Shown in pieces: positions 1 through 10,926 of a stretch of 64,000 nucleotides of DNA. Made by a program: the position numbers and the translations under genes. Every line of letters begins with the position of its first letter. Positions within the stretch are counted from its first letter, which is position 1. The stretch comes from an uncultured Nitrososphaeraceae archaeon (lineage in GTDB: Archaea > Thermoproteota > Nitrososphaeria > Nitrososphaerales > Nitrososphaeraceae): NCBI GenBank assembly GCA_963779615.1, contig CAVZZA010000001.1, forward strand, positions 32,001-96,000, written 5' to 3'. The notes beneath the pieces were generated by a model. The model had not been told where the DNA came from. It made no database searches and saw nothing but the letters and a program-made list of their open reading frames with translations.

Positions 1-1
1 T

Positions 2-916
2 CACAAAAAAATAAAATGGCATTCAAACATTGGTAGTCCTTTAGTATCCTCACCATTACTTTATGGTGATTTGCTAATAGGCGCTACCTTTGACTCATGG
101 GTTAATGAAACAAGTTTTCTTGGAAAAAACGTGGTTTTTGCGTTAAATACAAAGTGCGGCGAGAATGTGTGGAGCTTTGAAATAGGTGGGGACATATTTT
201 CTTCTCCATGCGTAGCAAGAAACATGATAATTATAGGTTCTTTAAATAAAAGTCTACTTGCATTAGATATTAACGGGAATTTAGTGTGGGACTTTAAAAC
301 TCAAGGAGAAGTTTGGTCCTCTGCTTCTTTTAATGGAGATGAACAAATATTTGTGGGTTCTGACGATGGATTTCTGTACTGCCTAAACACAGATGGCACA
401 TTACAATGGAGGACAAAATTGAATGGCAAAATTAGATCATCCTCTCCATGCATATCAGAACATAACAACCCCATGGTGTTTATAGGAACCCATAATGGTG
501 CAATATACTGCCTAAACCTGTGTGATGGGTCAATAATCTGGAGTAAACAGACGACAAAGCCAGTGTTAAGTTCACCTGCAGTATTAAAAGAAAGAGTGTA
601 CTTTGCAGCGTCAGATAATAATGTATACTGTTTTGATTGCAATACTGGTTTGAAAATATGGGAATTTGCAACAGACGACAGAATATGGTCATCCCCTGTT
701 ATAGCTGAAAATGACGGAGTATTGTTTTGTGGCTCCCTTGATTCGCATATCTATGGGCTGGACATCAAAACGGGAAATCAAACATGGAGATTTCCAACCA
801 TGAATATAATAGATTCTTCTCCTTGCCTAGCCAGCAATATGCTCTTTGTGGGAGGCAGGGATGGTTTTCTATATGCTTTTGGCCCACAGTATGCTACACC
901 CTCCCATACAATGTAA
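2..916 (+). CDS. PQQ-like/BamB-type beta-propeller repeat protein, 5'-truncated by the window edge
   Basis: Repeated 'W.F...G.I.SSP...G..D..LY.LD...G...W' units; frame is open back to position 2 (HKKIKWHSNIGSPLVSSPLLYGD). Confidence 0.85.
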   Translation, partial: HKKIKWHSNIGSPLVSSPLLYGDLLIGATFDSWVNETSFLGKNVVFALNTKCGENVWSFEIGGDIFSSPCVARNMIIIGSLNKSLLALDINGNLVWDFKTQGEVWSSASFNGDEQIFVGSDDGFLYCLNTDGTLQWRTKLNGKIRSSSPCISEHNNPMVFIGTHNGAIYCLNLCDGSIIWSKQTTKPVLSSPAVLKERVYFAASDNNVYCFDCNTGLKIWEFATDDRIWSSPVIAENDGVLFCGSLDSHIYGLDIKTGNQTWRFPTMNIIDSSPCLASNMLFVGGRDGFLYAFGPQYATPSHTM

Positions 917-1061
917 AGAAGTCAAATGCATCATTAGTCTGCAGATTCATCACAATCTATATCGCTGGCATGTGCAAAACTTTTTACCTAGCAATATGTT
1001 GTTAGGCACTATGTTCAGGTTTAGACCTTATTTATATAGTTTATTACACATGTTCAATTAA

Positions 1062-1661
1062 ATGACAACAGTCATTCATGTTTTTGATGTCGTTATTCTC
1101 CTAAGAAGGGACAATAGCAATGTGGAAATTGAAAAACTGGAAAAGATAATTTCACTTGTACATATTGCCTCTAAATATGTAGACAAATGTTTTGATGTTT
1201 GCCTATCCTTAAACTTCATCACAAACCATACTGGTTGGAATGGTGAAGACGCAGTGCTTTTTATTACAAATAGCAACAGGGCACCATCACCATCGCTTGA
1301 TCACAATTCAAACGTGCATCAACAGCAAAAAGAGAATATCGTTTCTAACTTGTGTATTAAAAATAAAACTGCAAAATTTGGTCATTATCTTTATGCATTG
1401 ATATATGGAATAATGGCAGAAAAGCATAGTGCAGTCATCAGACAGGCATTGTCATGGTATTTCACAATTCAATTGACAGAAACAGCCAAGTATGTTAGGC
1501 CAAAGAGTTCCAGCATAGGCATTGATGACCGTTACTTATGCAGAATAAACAAGGTGTACAACGTAATAGGAAACGATCTTTTAAAAGAATTTGCTCTTGG
1601 CAGAGCACTCACAAATAAAAAAGAGTTACCAGGTGACATTCAAAAACACACAAATAAATAA
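1062..1661 (+). CDS. hypothetical protein (doubtful, possibly decayed)
   Basis: 199-codon ORF in AT-rich DNA; no recognised motif. Confidence 0.35.
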   Translation: MTTVIHVFDVVILLRRDNSNVEIEKLEKIISLVHIASKYVDKCFDVCLSLNFITNHTGWNGEDAVLFITNSNRAPSPSLDHNSNVHQQQKENIVSNLCIKNKTAKFGHYLYALIYGIMAEKHSAVIRQALSWYFTIQLTETAKYVRPKSSSIGIDDRYLCRINKVYNVIGNDLLKEFALGRALTNKKELPGDIQKHTNK

Positions 1662-1845
1662 TATAAATTGATATTCACATTAAAAAGAAAGTTATTCCAA
1701 TAACGAAGTTTACAACGCACATTCTTGTATGTTGACAAGCTCAAAGAACAGGTATTTAGCATCAGAATCAAAAATGCAAAGTAACAATATTAAAAAATTT
1801 AAATAAAAATATTTATTGATTTACAATAGTGTTGGATACTAGTTA

Positions 1846-2064
1846 ATGGTTAAAAAGGGTAAAATAGAGGAGATATTTAGCAGGGCCCTTTATGCAGATA
1901 ACCCTTTGATGTACACAGTTACCTATAGGGATTTTGAGGACCTTAAGCAAGTTAATCTAAAAGATTTCATAGTCTTGTCTGAAAATTTTCAATTAATTCC
2001 AGTGTCAAGAATAATAAAAATACAAAAGGGAAAAACAATACTTTATCAAAAACATGTGCAATGA
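1846..2064 (+). CDS. DUF504/UPF0248 (MJ1316-like) small protein
   Basis: 'Y.V.YRD....IP.SRI..I......LYQK' pattern typical of the archaeal family. Confidence 0.7.
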   Translation: MVKKGKIEEIFSRALYADNPLMYTVTYRDFEDLKQVNLKDFIVLSENFQLIPVSRIIKIQKGKTILYQKHVQ

Positions 2065-2254
2065 TTGAAATTTTTAACAAAGAAAAACAAACAAACAGTA
2101 TCAAAAGGCAAGAATATTCGGTTGATGGCAGATAGATCAACAAAAAATATCGTTTATAGCCGATACAATTAACTCAAACAGGCACTACTTGGAAAACTTT
2201 CAGCAATCCATATTCATATTTTGGCAAATATCCAGTTCAACAATAGACAGAGGT

Positions 2255-2572
2255 TCAATTGCGTTTTAATTCAACGATCAAACCATCGACAGGTTTTGTA
2301 CTCATTAGTTTTGAGATTTCGGCAGATAGTTGAGGCTCCTTGGCTTTATCAATTATTCTTGCAGTGCCTTCAAATGCTTCATGTTTTATAGCAAACGACA
2401 CTTGTTGATCATGTTCAATATTCTGGACCCAGTGTGCACGCTCAAAGGTTTCCGACATTATATAATACCTTTCATTGTACTCGACAAACCAAATTTCTAT
2501 TTTATGCTGTTTGCCTGTCTTCCACCCAGTGGTAGTCAAGTAGAGAAACTGTGGATTAGAATGGGGCCCCAT
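2255..2572 (-). CDS. deazaflavin (F420)-dependent nitroreductase/PPOX-like split-barrel protein
   Basis: 'LYLTTTGWKTGKQH.IEIWFV' and 'HWVQNI' motifs. Confidence 0.75.
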   Translation of the reverse strand: MGPHSNPQFLYLTTTGWKTGKQHKIEIWFVEYNERYYIMSETFERAHWVQNIEHDQQVSFAIKHEAFEGTARIIDKAKEPQLSAEISKLMSTKPVDGLIVELKRN

Positions 2573-2874
2573 GTTCTTGTATAGGTTTAATGGTATAAGA
2601 TATTTCCCATACTAATAGGTCAGGAAGAGAAAGAGGAATAGGAATAGGAGGGTTTGCCTGCTTATGATTAGACAAATCTTTTCCTATAGGACATAAGTAG
2701 GACCATAAGGAAAAAGTAGACAATCCCTCTGGTTGTTGTTTTTTTTTCTGATGGAAACATCAATCAAAAAGCATTTTGGTTTTCGTTTTACAGAATGTTT
2801 TGTTTTGAGGATACACACTTATGCATAGTATCTTTTGCCCACAACAAATGTTGACAAGATGATGTTTGCATAAT

Positions 2875-3723
2875 TCAAATTGCATTAGTATAAAGTTTGT
2901 AAATTTGGCCTGTCTGTGTGTTGATGTATTTCCATTTTTCAGTGCCAAAGGTAACTTCTTTAAAACTCATCCTCATTTGAGGAGATAAAACCCCATATAC
3001 ATCTTCGCCTATGGTAACTGCATTGGGATAGGTTAACGAAGTTAATTTTGCAGACTTATTCATGCAATAACCAAGGACATCTATGTGAGAGGTTTTATCA
3101 TGCCCATACTGGATAATTACACTCTCCCCCTGGTCCAGACCAATCTTGACCCTAAGTTCTGAATGATTATATTGCTCCAATATTGGACTAATTCCTTTTT
3201 GTATTACGGTTATCATGGATTTTGCGCACTGCACTGCCCCGTCACAAGCAAGTGATATATCATATAGGGACGGAAAGAAGGCTATAACTGCATCACCTAC
3301 ATACTTTAGCACAAAACCGCCATGACTGTGCACCAGACAAGACATTTCATATGAAAATCCTCTAATTATGGTAACCATTTTATCAACAGGCAAAGTCATG
3401 CTCATCTTGGTAGAACCAACCAAATCTGCGTACATTATGACAAGAGGGATTTTTGAATTTACATGATAAAGAAGAAATTCCTGAGCAGGTTTTAGGTTGG
3501 ATTCATATTGATAGCGCCTTTTCAATGCCCTCGAAAACCTTTCCTGCGTTTGAGAAACAAGTGTTTCCATATCGTTAAGCACCATAGCCCTTGGTTTTTT
3601 TTTTGGCGAATTTTCATCATCTAGGGCAATATCGGTATTTGGTTTGGTATTTTGTCCGTTTGTCTGTTTTTCCCAAGTTTTTGTATCCGGTTTCTCATTT
3701 ATAGTGGATCCTTTATCGGTCAA
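2875..3723 (-). CDS. class III adenylate/guanylate cyclase domain protein
   Basis: YADLVGST, LKYVGDAV, VKIGLDQG, IDVLG, MNKSAKL: both metal Asp residues and the adenine-specifying K/D are present. Confidence 0.88.
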   Translation of the reverse strand: MTDKGSTINEKPDTKTWEKQTNGQNTKPNTDIALDDENSPKKKPRAMVLNDMETLVSQTQERFSRALKRRYQYESNLKPAQEFLLYHVNSKIPLVIMYADLVGSTKMSMTLPVDKMVTIIRGFSYEMSCLVHSHGGFVLKYVGDAVIAFFPSLYDISLACDGAVQCAKSMITVIQKGISPILEQYNHSELRVKIGLDQGESVIIQYGHDKTSHIDVLGYCMNKSAKLTSLTYPNAVTIGEDVYGVLSPQMRMSFKEVTFGTEKWKYINTQTGQIYKLYTNAI

Positions 3724-4225
3724 ATGACGGCTCAGTTTTATTATTCACGGCTAAGATTTAAACATCGCCAGAAGGTTATCTTGCATATTTGTAACGATTA
3801 ATACATTAGTTAACGCAAAAGGCTCCTGAAGTGAACATTTATTTGAAATTTTGTCCAACAACTCATTTTTCCACCGCCTTGATAATGGAGTAATTGGCCT
3901 CGGTATCATCAGGTTCGCCATACCATTTGTTTAAATTTTTTTAATCAAGTTGCCAAGACAAGTAAATTAGCGGTTCCAAACAGCAGGGAAAATGAAAAAA
4001 ATGAAAAAAAATCATGTGGCTTTTAATTTGAAATATTTTATTAGTTATAATTTTGGATTGCCAATACCATAAAAAAACACAGATTGAAACAAATTATAAT
4101 CGTGTTAATGCTAATCCACTCCATGGTTAAAGCAACATTAACGCAATCTCGTGGTTTGATTCTTTGCCACATCTAAAATTACAAGAACATAAAAAACTGA
4201 TGGCGAACAGAAAATCAATTTTGGC

Positions 4226-4888
4226 GGCTCTGTTCATTTAAGGAAAGCCTATAGCTTGAAGATGTCCTATCTCCTTTGTGAATATCAGAAACAGAACACC
4301 TTCAGAGTTACATATACCATGGTTTGTACTTTTATTTTTCGGGACTGTCGTTAAGGAGTACATCTGAAAGGCTATCATACATTATAAAACGAAACCGTGT
4401 ATCTATCTGGAACTGGATACAAAAGTATAACCCTCAAATTTCATCAAAGAAAAAGAAGGTTTCAGAGTATGTCATAGACGAGACAGTCCTTAAGGTCGGC
4501 CCAGAATACATTTGGTTATGGGTAGATATTGAAGTTGGAAGTAAGGGGATTCTTGGGATTAGCATATCAAGGGAACGAAACATGTTTGTTGCAGAACGAT
4601 TTATCTCCAGTCTAATCAAGCATCATGATGGACATCCAATTTCCACAGACGGAGGCACATGGTATCCACAGGCATGTAGATTCTTAAAGCTAAACCATCA
4701 TATGCATTCCTCATATGAGAAAAGCATCATTGAAAGGACAATGCAGTACATAAAGGACAGAACGGAGAGTTTTGATGATTACTTTCCATGCAGAAAAAAG
4801 AAATGCAAACTAAAGCATGTAGTGAATTGGCTGAATCTATTGTGGATTTTCAAAGCAGGGAATTGAAGACGCTTAAGTGAACAGAGCC
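4226..4888 (+). mobile_element. IS6-family insertion sequence (~660 bp)
   Basis: TIRs GGCTCTGTTCATTTAAG (4226) and CTTAAGTGAACAGAGCC (ends 4888); flanking direct repeat ATTTTGGC at 4218-4225 and 4890-4897. Confidence 0.9.
4324..4866 (+). CDS. IS6-family DDE transposase, N-terminus frameshifted
   Basis: IDET, TDGGTWYPQAC and IER..QYIKDRTESFDDYFPC motifs; the N-terminal 'RNRTPSE' lies in another frame near 4290-4307. Confidence 0.85.
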   Translation: MYFYFSGLSLRSTSERLSYIIKRNRVSIWNWIQKYNPQISSKKKKVSEYVIDETVLKVGPEYIWLWVDIEVGSKGILGISISRERNMFVAERFISSLIKHHDGHPISTDGGTWYPQACRFLKLNHHMHSSYEKSIIERTMQYIKDRTESFDDYFPCRKKKCKLKHVVNWLNLLWIFKAGN

Positions 4889-4927
4889 CATTTTGGCTGT
4901 TGATCTCTATATATACAGATAGATTTT

Positions 4928-5284
4928 TCATCCATCTAATCCCCAGCTAGATTTTTTTTTTGGCACAATCTTCACATAGTCGTCTCCTCGCAATATTTCA
5001 GCAACTCCTTTGATCTCGATACCCCTGGGTGTCCAAGGATTGACTGAAACCAAATCATCCACTACCAATGCTATCTTGTTATTTTGCAGTATATTTTTGA
5101 ATTTGAGGCTGTTTTTGAGTTTCCATCCTCCAAAGTAGAAATAACTACCATCAAAATCAAAAGCTACAGGAACAACATGAGGTTGCATGGAAGACGAGAC
5201 GGTGGCCAATCTACCCAATCGCTGCTCCTTTAGAAAATGCAATTCTTTTTCACTGAATTCCACATGTTCGGTCTCTTTCGCCAT
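4928..5284 (-). CDS. PPOX-class F420-dependent oxidoreductase
   Basis: 'LGRLATV....PHVVPV.F', 'KFKNI..N.KIALVVDD', 'W.PRGIEI.G'. Confidence 0.85.
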   Translation of the reverse strand: MAKETEHVEFSEKELHFLKEQRLGRLATVSSSMQPHVVPVAFDFDGSYFYFGGWKLKNSLKFKNILQNNKIALVVDDLVSVNPWTPRGIEIKGVAEILRGDDYVKIVPKKKSSWGLDG

Positions 5285-5714
5285 TGAAATTTCTCGTTAA
5301 TTATAAAGGTGTGGAAGTCGTACCTAAACATTTAGAATAGGTTAGACAATGACTGCACACACATAATGGATAACTTGCTCTTTTACTGGTTCCTACCAGT
5401 TTAGATTATCCTGGTTTTACATTTACGCATACCTGAGCGATTGCATGGATTCAATCAAATATCCGAAAAACTACGGATAAACCATGCTCAAAGCAAACAA
5501 GTAATAACAAAACAGTAGTCAACAATTGCAAGGCAGCATACAAAATAAGAGTATTCCACCAATGATATCTTTTATATGTTAAAACCAATACAGGATTTCC
5601 CCAAAAGACTACGACAAACACATCTATGTTGGGACATTATTCGTAAAGCAATTTACCGTTACTGTTTAACAACCATAGTGCTACATACCTTATTTTTCAT
5701 CCAGGCAATCATGT

Positions 5715-6146
5715 TCAGCCAGTCATCCTCTCCTTAAAATCCCACTCAAATACACGGGCAGGCGTAATTTCAATTGCAACTTCATTTTGAAGATGTCTTT
5801 TAGATAACAATAATTTATACAATTGTGATGTTTCTTTCCCCTTGAAATATTTTTGTAACAGGATGCGAAGAATATCTTCACCTTTATCATAGAGTATGGA
5901 TGTGTTACCATAACCCCTAATACCACGGTAGGGAAAACAATCCCCTGCAATTTCAAAGCCACATTTTGGCGAACGCTTTACATATTGGACTATTTTGGCA
6001 GTGTTTTGTGTAGCGCAATAGAATTTCCCATCCATATACACATACCACAGTGAGATAACTGTAGGCCAGTCTAAGGTAGATAAACAGGCCAGTCTGATTG
6101 GTATATTACTATCTATCAAATACTGAACCATATTTTCACTAATCAC
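5715..6146 (-). CDS. pyridoxamine 5'-phosphate oxidase family protein
   Basis: 'IPIRLA....WP.V.SLWY', 'PYRGIRG.G', 'I.P.R.F.WDF'. Confidence 0.8.
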   Translation of the reverse strand: MISENMVQYLIDSNIPIRLACLSTLDWPTVISLWYVYMDGKFYCATQNTAKIVQYVKRSPKCGFEIAGDCFPYRGIRGYGNTSILYDKGEDILRILLQKYFKGKETSQLYKLLLSKRHLQNEVAIEITPARVFEWDFKERMTG

Positions 6147-6394
6147 AAAAATCCATTTGTATTATAACATACTTGAATTTGAACCCATTGTCATTGTATA
6201 TTGTGCTATTATACGTATCATTCATTATGCGGGTGTTGTCCTATTGTAAAATAATTGACGTGAATAATTACCTAAACGGTCCATTGTATTGCACAGTTTT
6301 TTAAAAAAAGCAGGAAGAAGACACGTCATCAGCAGTCAATTAACAAGAAACTTTTACAGCAAGATTCTTTAATTCATGAGAGCATAGTGAAAAT

Positions 6395-6580
6395 ATGACC
6401 GAAAATCAGGAAAATAACAGTAATAACAGTAATCAAAAGGATGTAAAAAACACTCTAAAACCTCTCAAGGAAGAGGAGGAAAAGAAGAAAAACCTACTCG
6501 TAGAAGAAAAGCAACCTCAAGAGCAATTACCAGTTGGAGAAGGACATGAAACAGAAGTTGTAGAAGAAAATAGAAACTGA
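6395..6580 (+). CDS. small acidic hydrophilic protein
   Basis: ATG start, E/N/K-rich 61 aa, purine-rich coding-like bias. Confidence 0.5.
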   Translation: MTENQENNSNNSNQKDVKNTLKPLKEEEEKKKNLLVEEKQPQEQLPVGEGHETEVVEENRN

Positions 6581-7077
6581 GAACATAAAGAATTGCTGGT
6601 TTAACAAATGTTGTAAGATTCGAATCGTATTTTATCATTGTGTCTTTTTATAAAAAAATGGATAAGTGAAATGATCTGATATACAATATCACTTAATGCA
6701 TAACATTATTTATCCCATAGCCACCCATTTAAGGCGCAGGTGTTATGTCAGGGTGCAATCACACATCAATTTGAAAAAGTAAATCCTTGCCGGTGGTAAT
6801 GAGCCAGGTTTTAAAATAAAAGATATTGATGCTCTCCCATGTTTTTGTTATATGTGCCATACCTCCGGAAACTTTGTTTCAAAAAAATGAGTATGTACAT
6901 TGCAAGACAATGCAAATAAAAAAAAAATGCAGATTGTTTTATTTTTTTGATTGTGTCCACCGACTCATATAACTAGTTTTTTATTTGATGGAACATTTCA
7001 CAGTTTTAATTGAAAGCCTTTACAAACATGACTTTTTTTAGTAAAACTAAAATAAATTATTTTTTCATATTCATAAA

Positions 7078-7617
7078 GTGAAAATTGGTATAATATCTGA
7101 CACCCATGACGACATAGAAAACGTTCAGGAAGCTATACAAATATTTAACAAAAACAAAGTAGATCATGTCATTCACGCAGGAGACTACATTTTCCCTGGC
7201 ATGATAAAAGAATTTAAGAATTCAAATGCCAAATTGATAGGGGTGTTGGGTAATAACGATGGAGAAAAAAATGGAATTTTAAAATCTTTTATTGACATAG
7301 GTGGAGAATTAAAAGGGGAACTCGGAGAAGTAGAATTTGATGGATTAAAATTTTGTGTATATCATGGAACAGATAACGAGGTAAGGGAAAACATTACCCA
7401 CAGCCAAAAATATGACATATTAATATGTGGCCATACCCATAAAAGAGAACCGCAAAGATCTGGCACGATAAAAAACAACAAGGACACATTTGTTTTAAAT
7501 CCCGGTTCGGCGCATAGAAAAAGTGTTAGCATATCAGGGCTTTTTGATGAGGTTGGGCGAATAATACTGTTCGACACCCTAACCAAAATATACGAATTTG
7601 TAGATCTTTCAAAATAG
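7078..7617 (+). CDS. YfcE/MJ0936-family metallophosphoesterase
   Basis: SDTH, HAGD, GNND, YHG and GHTH metal motifs; NPGS. Confidence 0.92.
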   Translation: MKIGIISDTHDDIENVQEAIQIFNKNKVDHVIHAGDYIFPGMIKEFKNSNAKLIGVLGNNDGEKNGILKSFIDIGGELKGELGEVEFDGLKFCVYHGTDNEVRENITHSQKYDILICGHTHKREPQRSGTIKNNKDTFVLNPGSAHRKSVSISGLFDEVGRIILFDTLTKIYEFVDLSK

Positions 7618-7966
7618 ATCAAAACGCTCAAGCACTGCCTAGAGGAAAGTAAAACTAAAATCAAACATGCTCCAATAAATATAAAAGCTACAGATTTACC
7701 GTTTCCACATTATCAACATGTAACGAAGGTAAAAAGAGAACGAAGACTTGAGGATGTTTACATTTTCTCATAACATGTGCTTTAGCACACACATCAGGAA
7801 ACAACCCAAAAAAAATAACTATCAAGATTTGCAACAACAGGTTATGTTACCACCCGGGTTGAATAAAAGACACTGAAATACAATAATCCCCATTCAATCC
7901 AAGTTTTAAAAGCCCCCTTGAAACAGAAAAAAGCGAAAAGTAAATGATTTTTATTTTTTATTTGAT

Positions 7967-8808
7967 TCACAGATCATGCTTCATCATATTAAAGAAATCC
8001 ACATCAGACATATTCTTCTTTCTTTGCAACCATTGTTCGACATCACCCCCAGCAGGATACCTCAACTTGGGGTTTTTATCAACAATCGCATCAAGTACTG
8101 CCTTTGCAACAAGTTCGGGGCCAGAGCCATTCTCAAGCATTTTACCAAGTCCATATTCCATATTTTGAAAAATTTTGGAATACGGCGAATTTGAATCTAA
8201 AGATTTTTTTGCCACAACAGAGGCATTAAAGAAATTTGTTTTGATGACCCCTGGCTCTACAAGAATTATTTTTATTCCAAATGGCTCCACCTCATACGCA
8301 AGCGATTCACTCAAACCTTCTACTGCAAACTTTGTGCTAACATAAATGGATCCCGTCGGGAAACCAAATCTCCCTGCACCAGAACTTATGTTAACTATTT
8401 TGCCTGAATTTTGATTTCTCATGATAGGCAAAACAGCTTGTGTGACCCGGATTAAACCAAAAAATTAGTCTCAAATTGTAATTTTATTTCATCCATAGAT
8501 ATATCTTCAAATGCCCCTACAAGCCCATAGCCTGCATTGTTTACCAAAACATCTATTTGTTCAGACTCAGCATAAATTGATTTTATTGCTTTATTTACAG
8601 AACTTTCATCAGTAACGTCAAGTTGCAAAATTTTCAGTTGGAGATTTTCTTTTTTGGCTACAGAGTTCAAAGACAAACCCTTTTTAGTGTCTCGCATTGT
8701 TGCATAGGTTATAAAACCATTACGTGCCAGAATCAAGGCGGTTTCATACCCTATCCCACTTGAACTGCCTGTGACTACCGAAACTTTTTTGCCAATAGAC
8801 ATATACAA
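7967..8808 (-). pseudogene. short-chain dehydrogenase/reductase split by a 1-nt deletion
   Basis: TGSSSGIG and NNAG in 8452-8808; YVSTK in 7967-8431; adding one T to the run at 8459-8464 restores ETNFFGLIRVTQAVLP. Confidence 0.85.
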
Positions 8809-9435
8809 CTACCTAAATAATTTGGTAATTAATCAAGTTTAGTTTATGTCGATTCCAAAATGTATTGAAGAAATACAAAGGATATTTCGATTCCCAAGTA
8901 TCGTTTTCTCACTATAACGCAATATTGCGTTATCGAAAAAACAAAACTCAAACAAGGTGTATTGACGACAGTTTTATTTTCAGCATAAACGCGGGTTTAG
9001 CAAATAATTGAATTTAAAAACCATGTTTTAATGATTTCGTTAAATATGTTAATCCAAATAAACACAATAGTCAAAGGCATTTGCAGGTATTATGGGCACA
9101 TACACCATCGGTAAAAATGCCATAATGCATAATAAAACAATTAATAAAAAACAATGTCCATGCCGGTTTTTTAACCAAACCACACGTGGTTTGCAATATT
9201 GAATTGAGTTGAACTTTCCAAAATAGCGTTATAGGCTAAAAAAATTTAGGAAAGCAAATCATAAATCAATAAATCGTGCTCCACATCCTCAAATAATTGA
9301 ATCGAAATTATGTTTTTATTTACCGAATAATTTAAAAGTCTATGCAATTTTGTGCTCTGGCAATTTCACCCCATAACAATATGTTCCCCTCAAGGATTAG
9401 TAATTCTTTTATAGAACAATAACAAACAGGACCTA

Positions 9436-10029
9436 ATGAGATCTCCTTTAAAAGGAAAATTGATCATGACAATTATATTTACTTTTTCCATGTCGTTTTT
9501 GGTACTAGTAAATAGTAATACAACATATTCACAGACTAACAACGCAACGCAGAATGATTCAGAGACGTCATTTTCAAATAAGGCTCTAACAGGCACTTCA
9601 ACTATACCGGAGGCCATATCCATTCCGGTATCAAAAGGATATGTAGATGGAAACATTTCATATTTTATCAGCACAGACGCATCTGAAAAAAATGTTGTAT
9701 CCTCTGTGTCTAATTCAACCAAATTTGAAATCAACTATGCTCCATCTTTAGCTAACACTTCTGAATCTTCCCGACAGCAGGGATATGTGTTTATAAATGG
9801 AATTAAAGGTGATGGCTCATCCGGATTCCAGCTTCCAGTTGCATCTGCAGCACCTAATGATGATGGATATAGCCCACTATTTGAAATAAATTATGTGAAA
9901 TGGAACGATGAATCTAATGCAAGGGTTTTAAAAACTGCTGATGAAGTCCTAGAATCTCAAAACAAGGGTGAACTTACAATAGCAAAGTCAAACATTGTCA
10001 TCAATAGCGCATTTGTGCAAATAAAATAA
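9436..10029 (+). CDS. secreted/membrane-anchored protein, DUF7482-like
   Basis: N-terminal hydrophobic signal; 'YFISTDAS', 'Y.F.NGIKG.G..GFQ', 'GYSPL...YV.W'. Confidence 0.65.
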   Translation: MRSPLKGKLIMTIIFTFSMSFLVLVNSNTTYSQTNNATQNDSETSFSNKALTGTSTIPEAISIPVSKGYVDGNISYFISTDASEKNVVSSVSNSTKFEINYAPSLANTSESSRQQGYVFINGIKGDGSSGFQLPVASAAPNDDGYSPLFEINYVKWNDESNARVLKTADEVLESQNKGELTIAKSNIVINSAFVQIK

Positions 10030-10253
10030 CCATTTTTTGTTTGATGTTCTTTTGTTGTAATACAAGAAAAGCATTGCTAGTGATTAATGCACCTTAAATT
10101 TGCGAATTTGCGAATATGTCATATTGTATTACAGTTTATTTTTTGCATGATGTGATGGCAACTCATAACCACATAATATCCAATTTACCAAATTTGATTT
10201 GATTTTGTGTTAACGTTCAATTTTTTTCAGAAACTTTTGAAAAACTCGAGTTG

Positions 10254-10697
10254 TCAGGCCGATCTCCTCTTTCTGACTATTTTTTTTGCTTTCTGTCCAT
10301 CTAATTCCACTTCCTCATCGGCTATTGGTTTAGATAATGGGTTTAGTTTTGCCACACGCGGTATTGCCATTACAAAGTGGATGTGAAAACAGGAAAAGGA
10401 TTCACACAGGGAACAATAAAGTCTATTGTTATTGAAATGGATGTCGGCAGTTTTGTTTTCTTTAACATCCTTTATATAGATTGTATCTCTGCTACAACCA
10501 TCTTCGGATAAAAATGGAGCATAATGTTTTAAAAATTCATCCTTTTCCAGTATATCATGAAGTAGATCGTTAACAAAACCTCCAAAGTGTTCATTAACAA
10601 ATGGAGATTTCTTTTTCTCTTCCACCCATTTTGCCTTTAATTCCTTAACTAAATCTACACGCAAGGTAATCAATTCAGAACGTTTTGATCGAGGCAT
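10254..10697 (-). CDS. putative ribbon-helix-helix regulator with C-terminal Zn finger
   Basis: N-terminal strand-helix-helix pattern (ELITLR/VDLVKELK/FGGFVNDLL); C-terminal CxxC-x4-CxH (CSLCESFSCFH). Confidence 0.55.
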   Translation of the reverse strand: MPRSKRSELITLRVDLVKELKAKWVEEKKKSPFVNEHFGGFVNDLLHDILEKDEFLKHYAPFLSEDGCSRDTIYIKDVKENKTADIHFNNNRLYCSLCESFSCFHIHFVMAIPRVAKLNPLSKPIADEEVELDGQKAKKIVRKRRSA

Positions 10698-10755
10698 GTT
10701 AAATAATAACTATATAGTTATTACCATATTTATAATTATTATATATATCTTTATA

Positions 10756-10778
10756 CAGTGAAACATTTGTATACACTG
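10756..10778. promoter_or_regulatory. imperfect palindrome, candidate operator in a divergent promoter region
   Basis: CAGTG-AAACATTTGTATA-CACTG, next to TATA-like TTATATATA runs, between divergent genes. Confidence 0.35.
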
Positions 10779-10926
10779 CGTAATCCATATAAACATGTTC
10801 AATAAGTTACTCTCATGGATAAAAAACAGGTTAAAAAAAGAACGATGGTTTCCCCGGATCATTATCATGACATAAAGAAAAAGATCGTAAACAGCAATTC
10901 ATTTGACACAGCCTAAAAAGGAGTAG

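Noticed and set aside
2875-3723. Pycsar/CBASS-type defence cyclase
   Set aside because: Adenine-specifying K and D are retained and there is no adjacent TM or TIR effector.
3790-4170. Possible aldo-keto reductase relic on the minus strand (KWYGEPDDTEANYSIIKAVEK)
   Set aside because: Too short and degenerate to call by eye.
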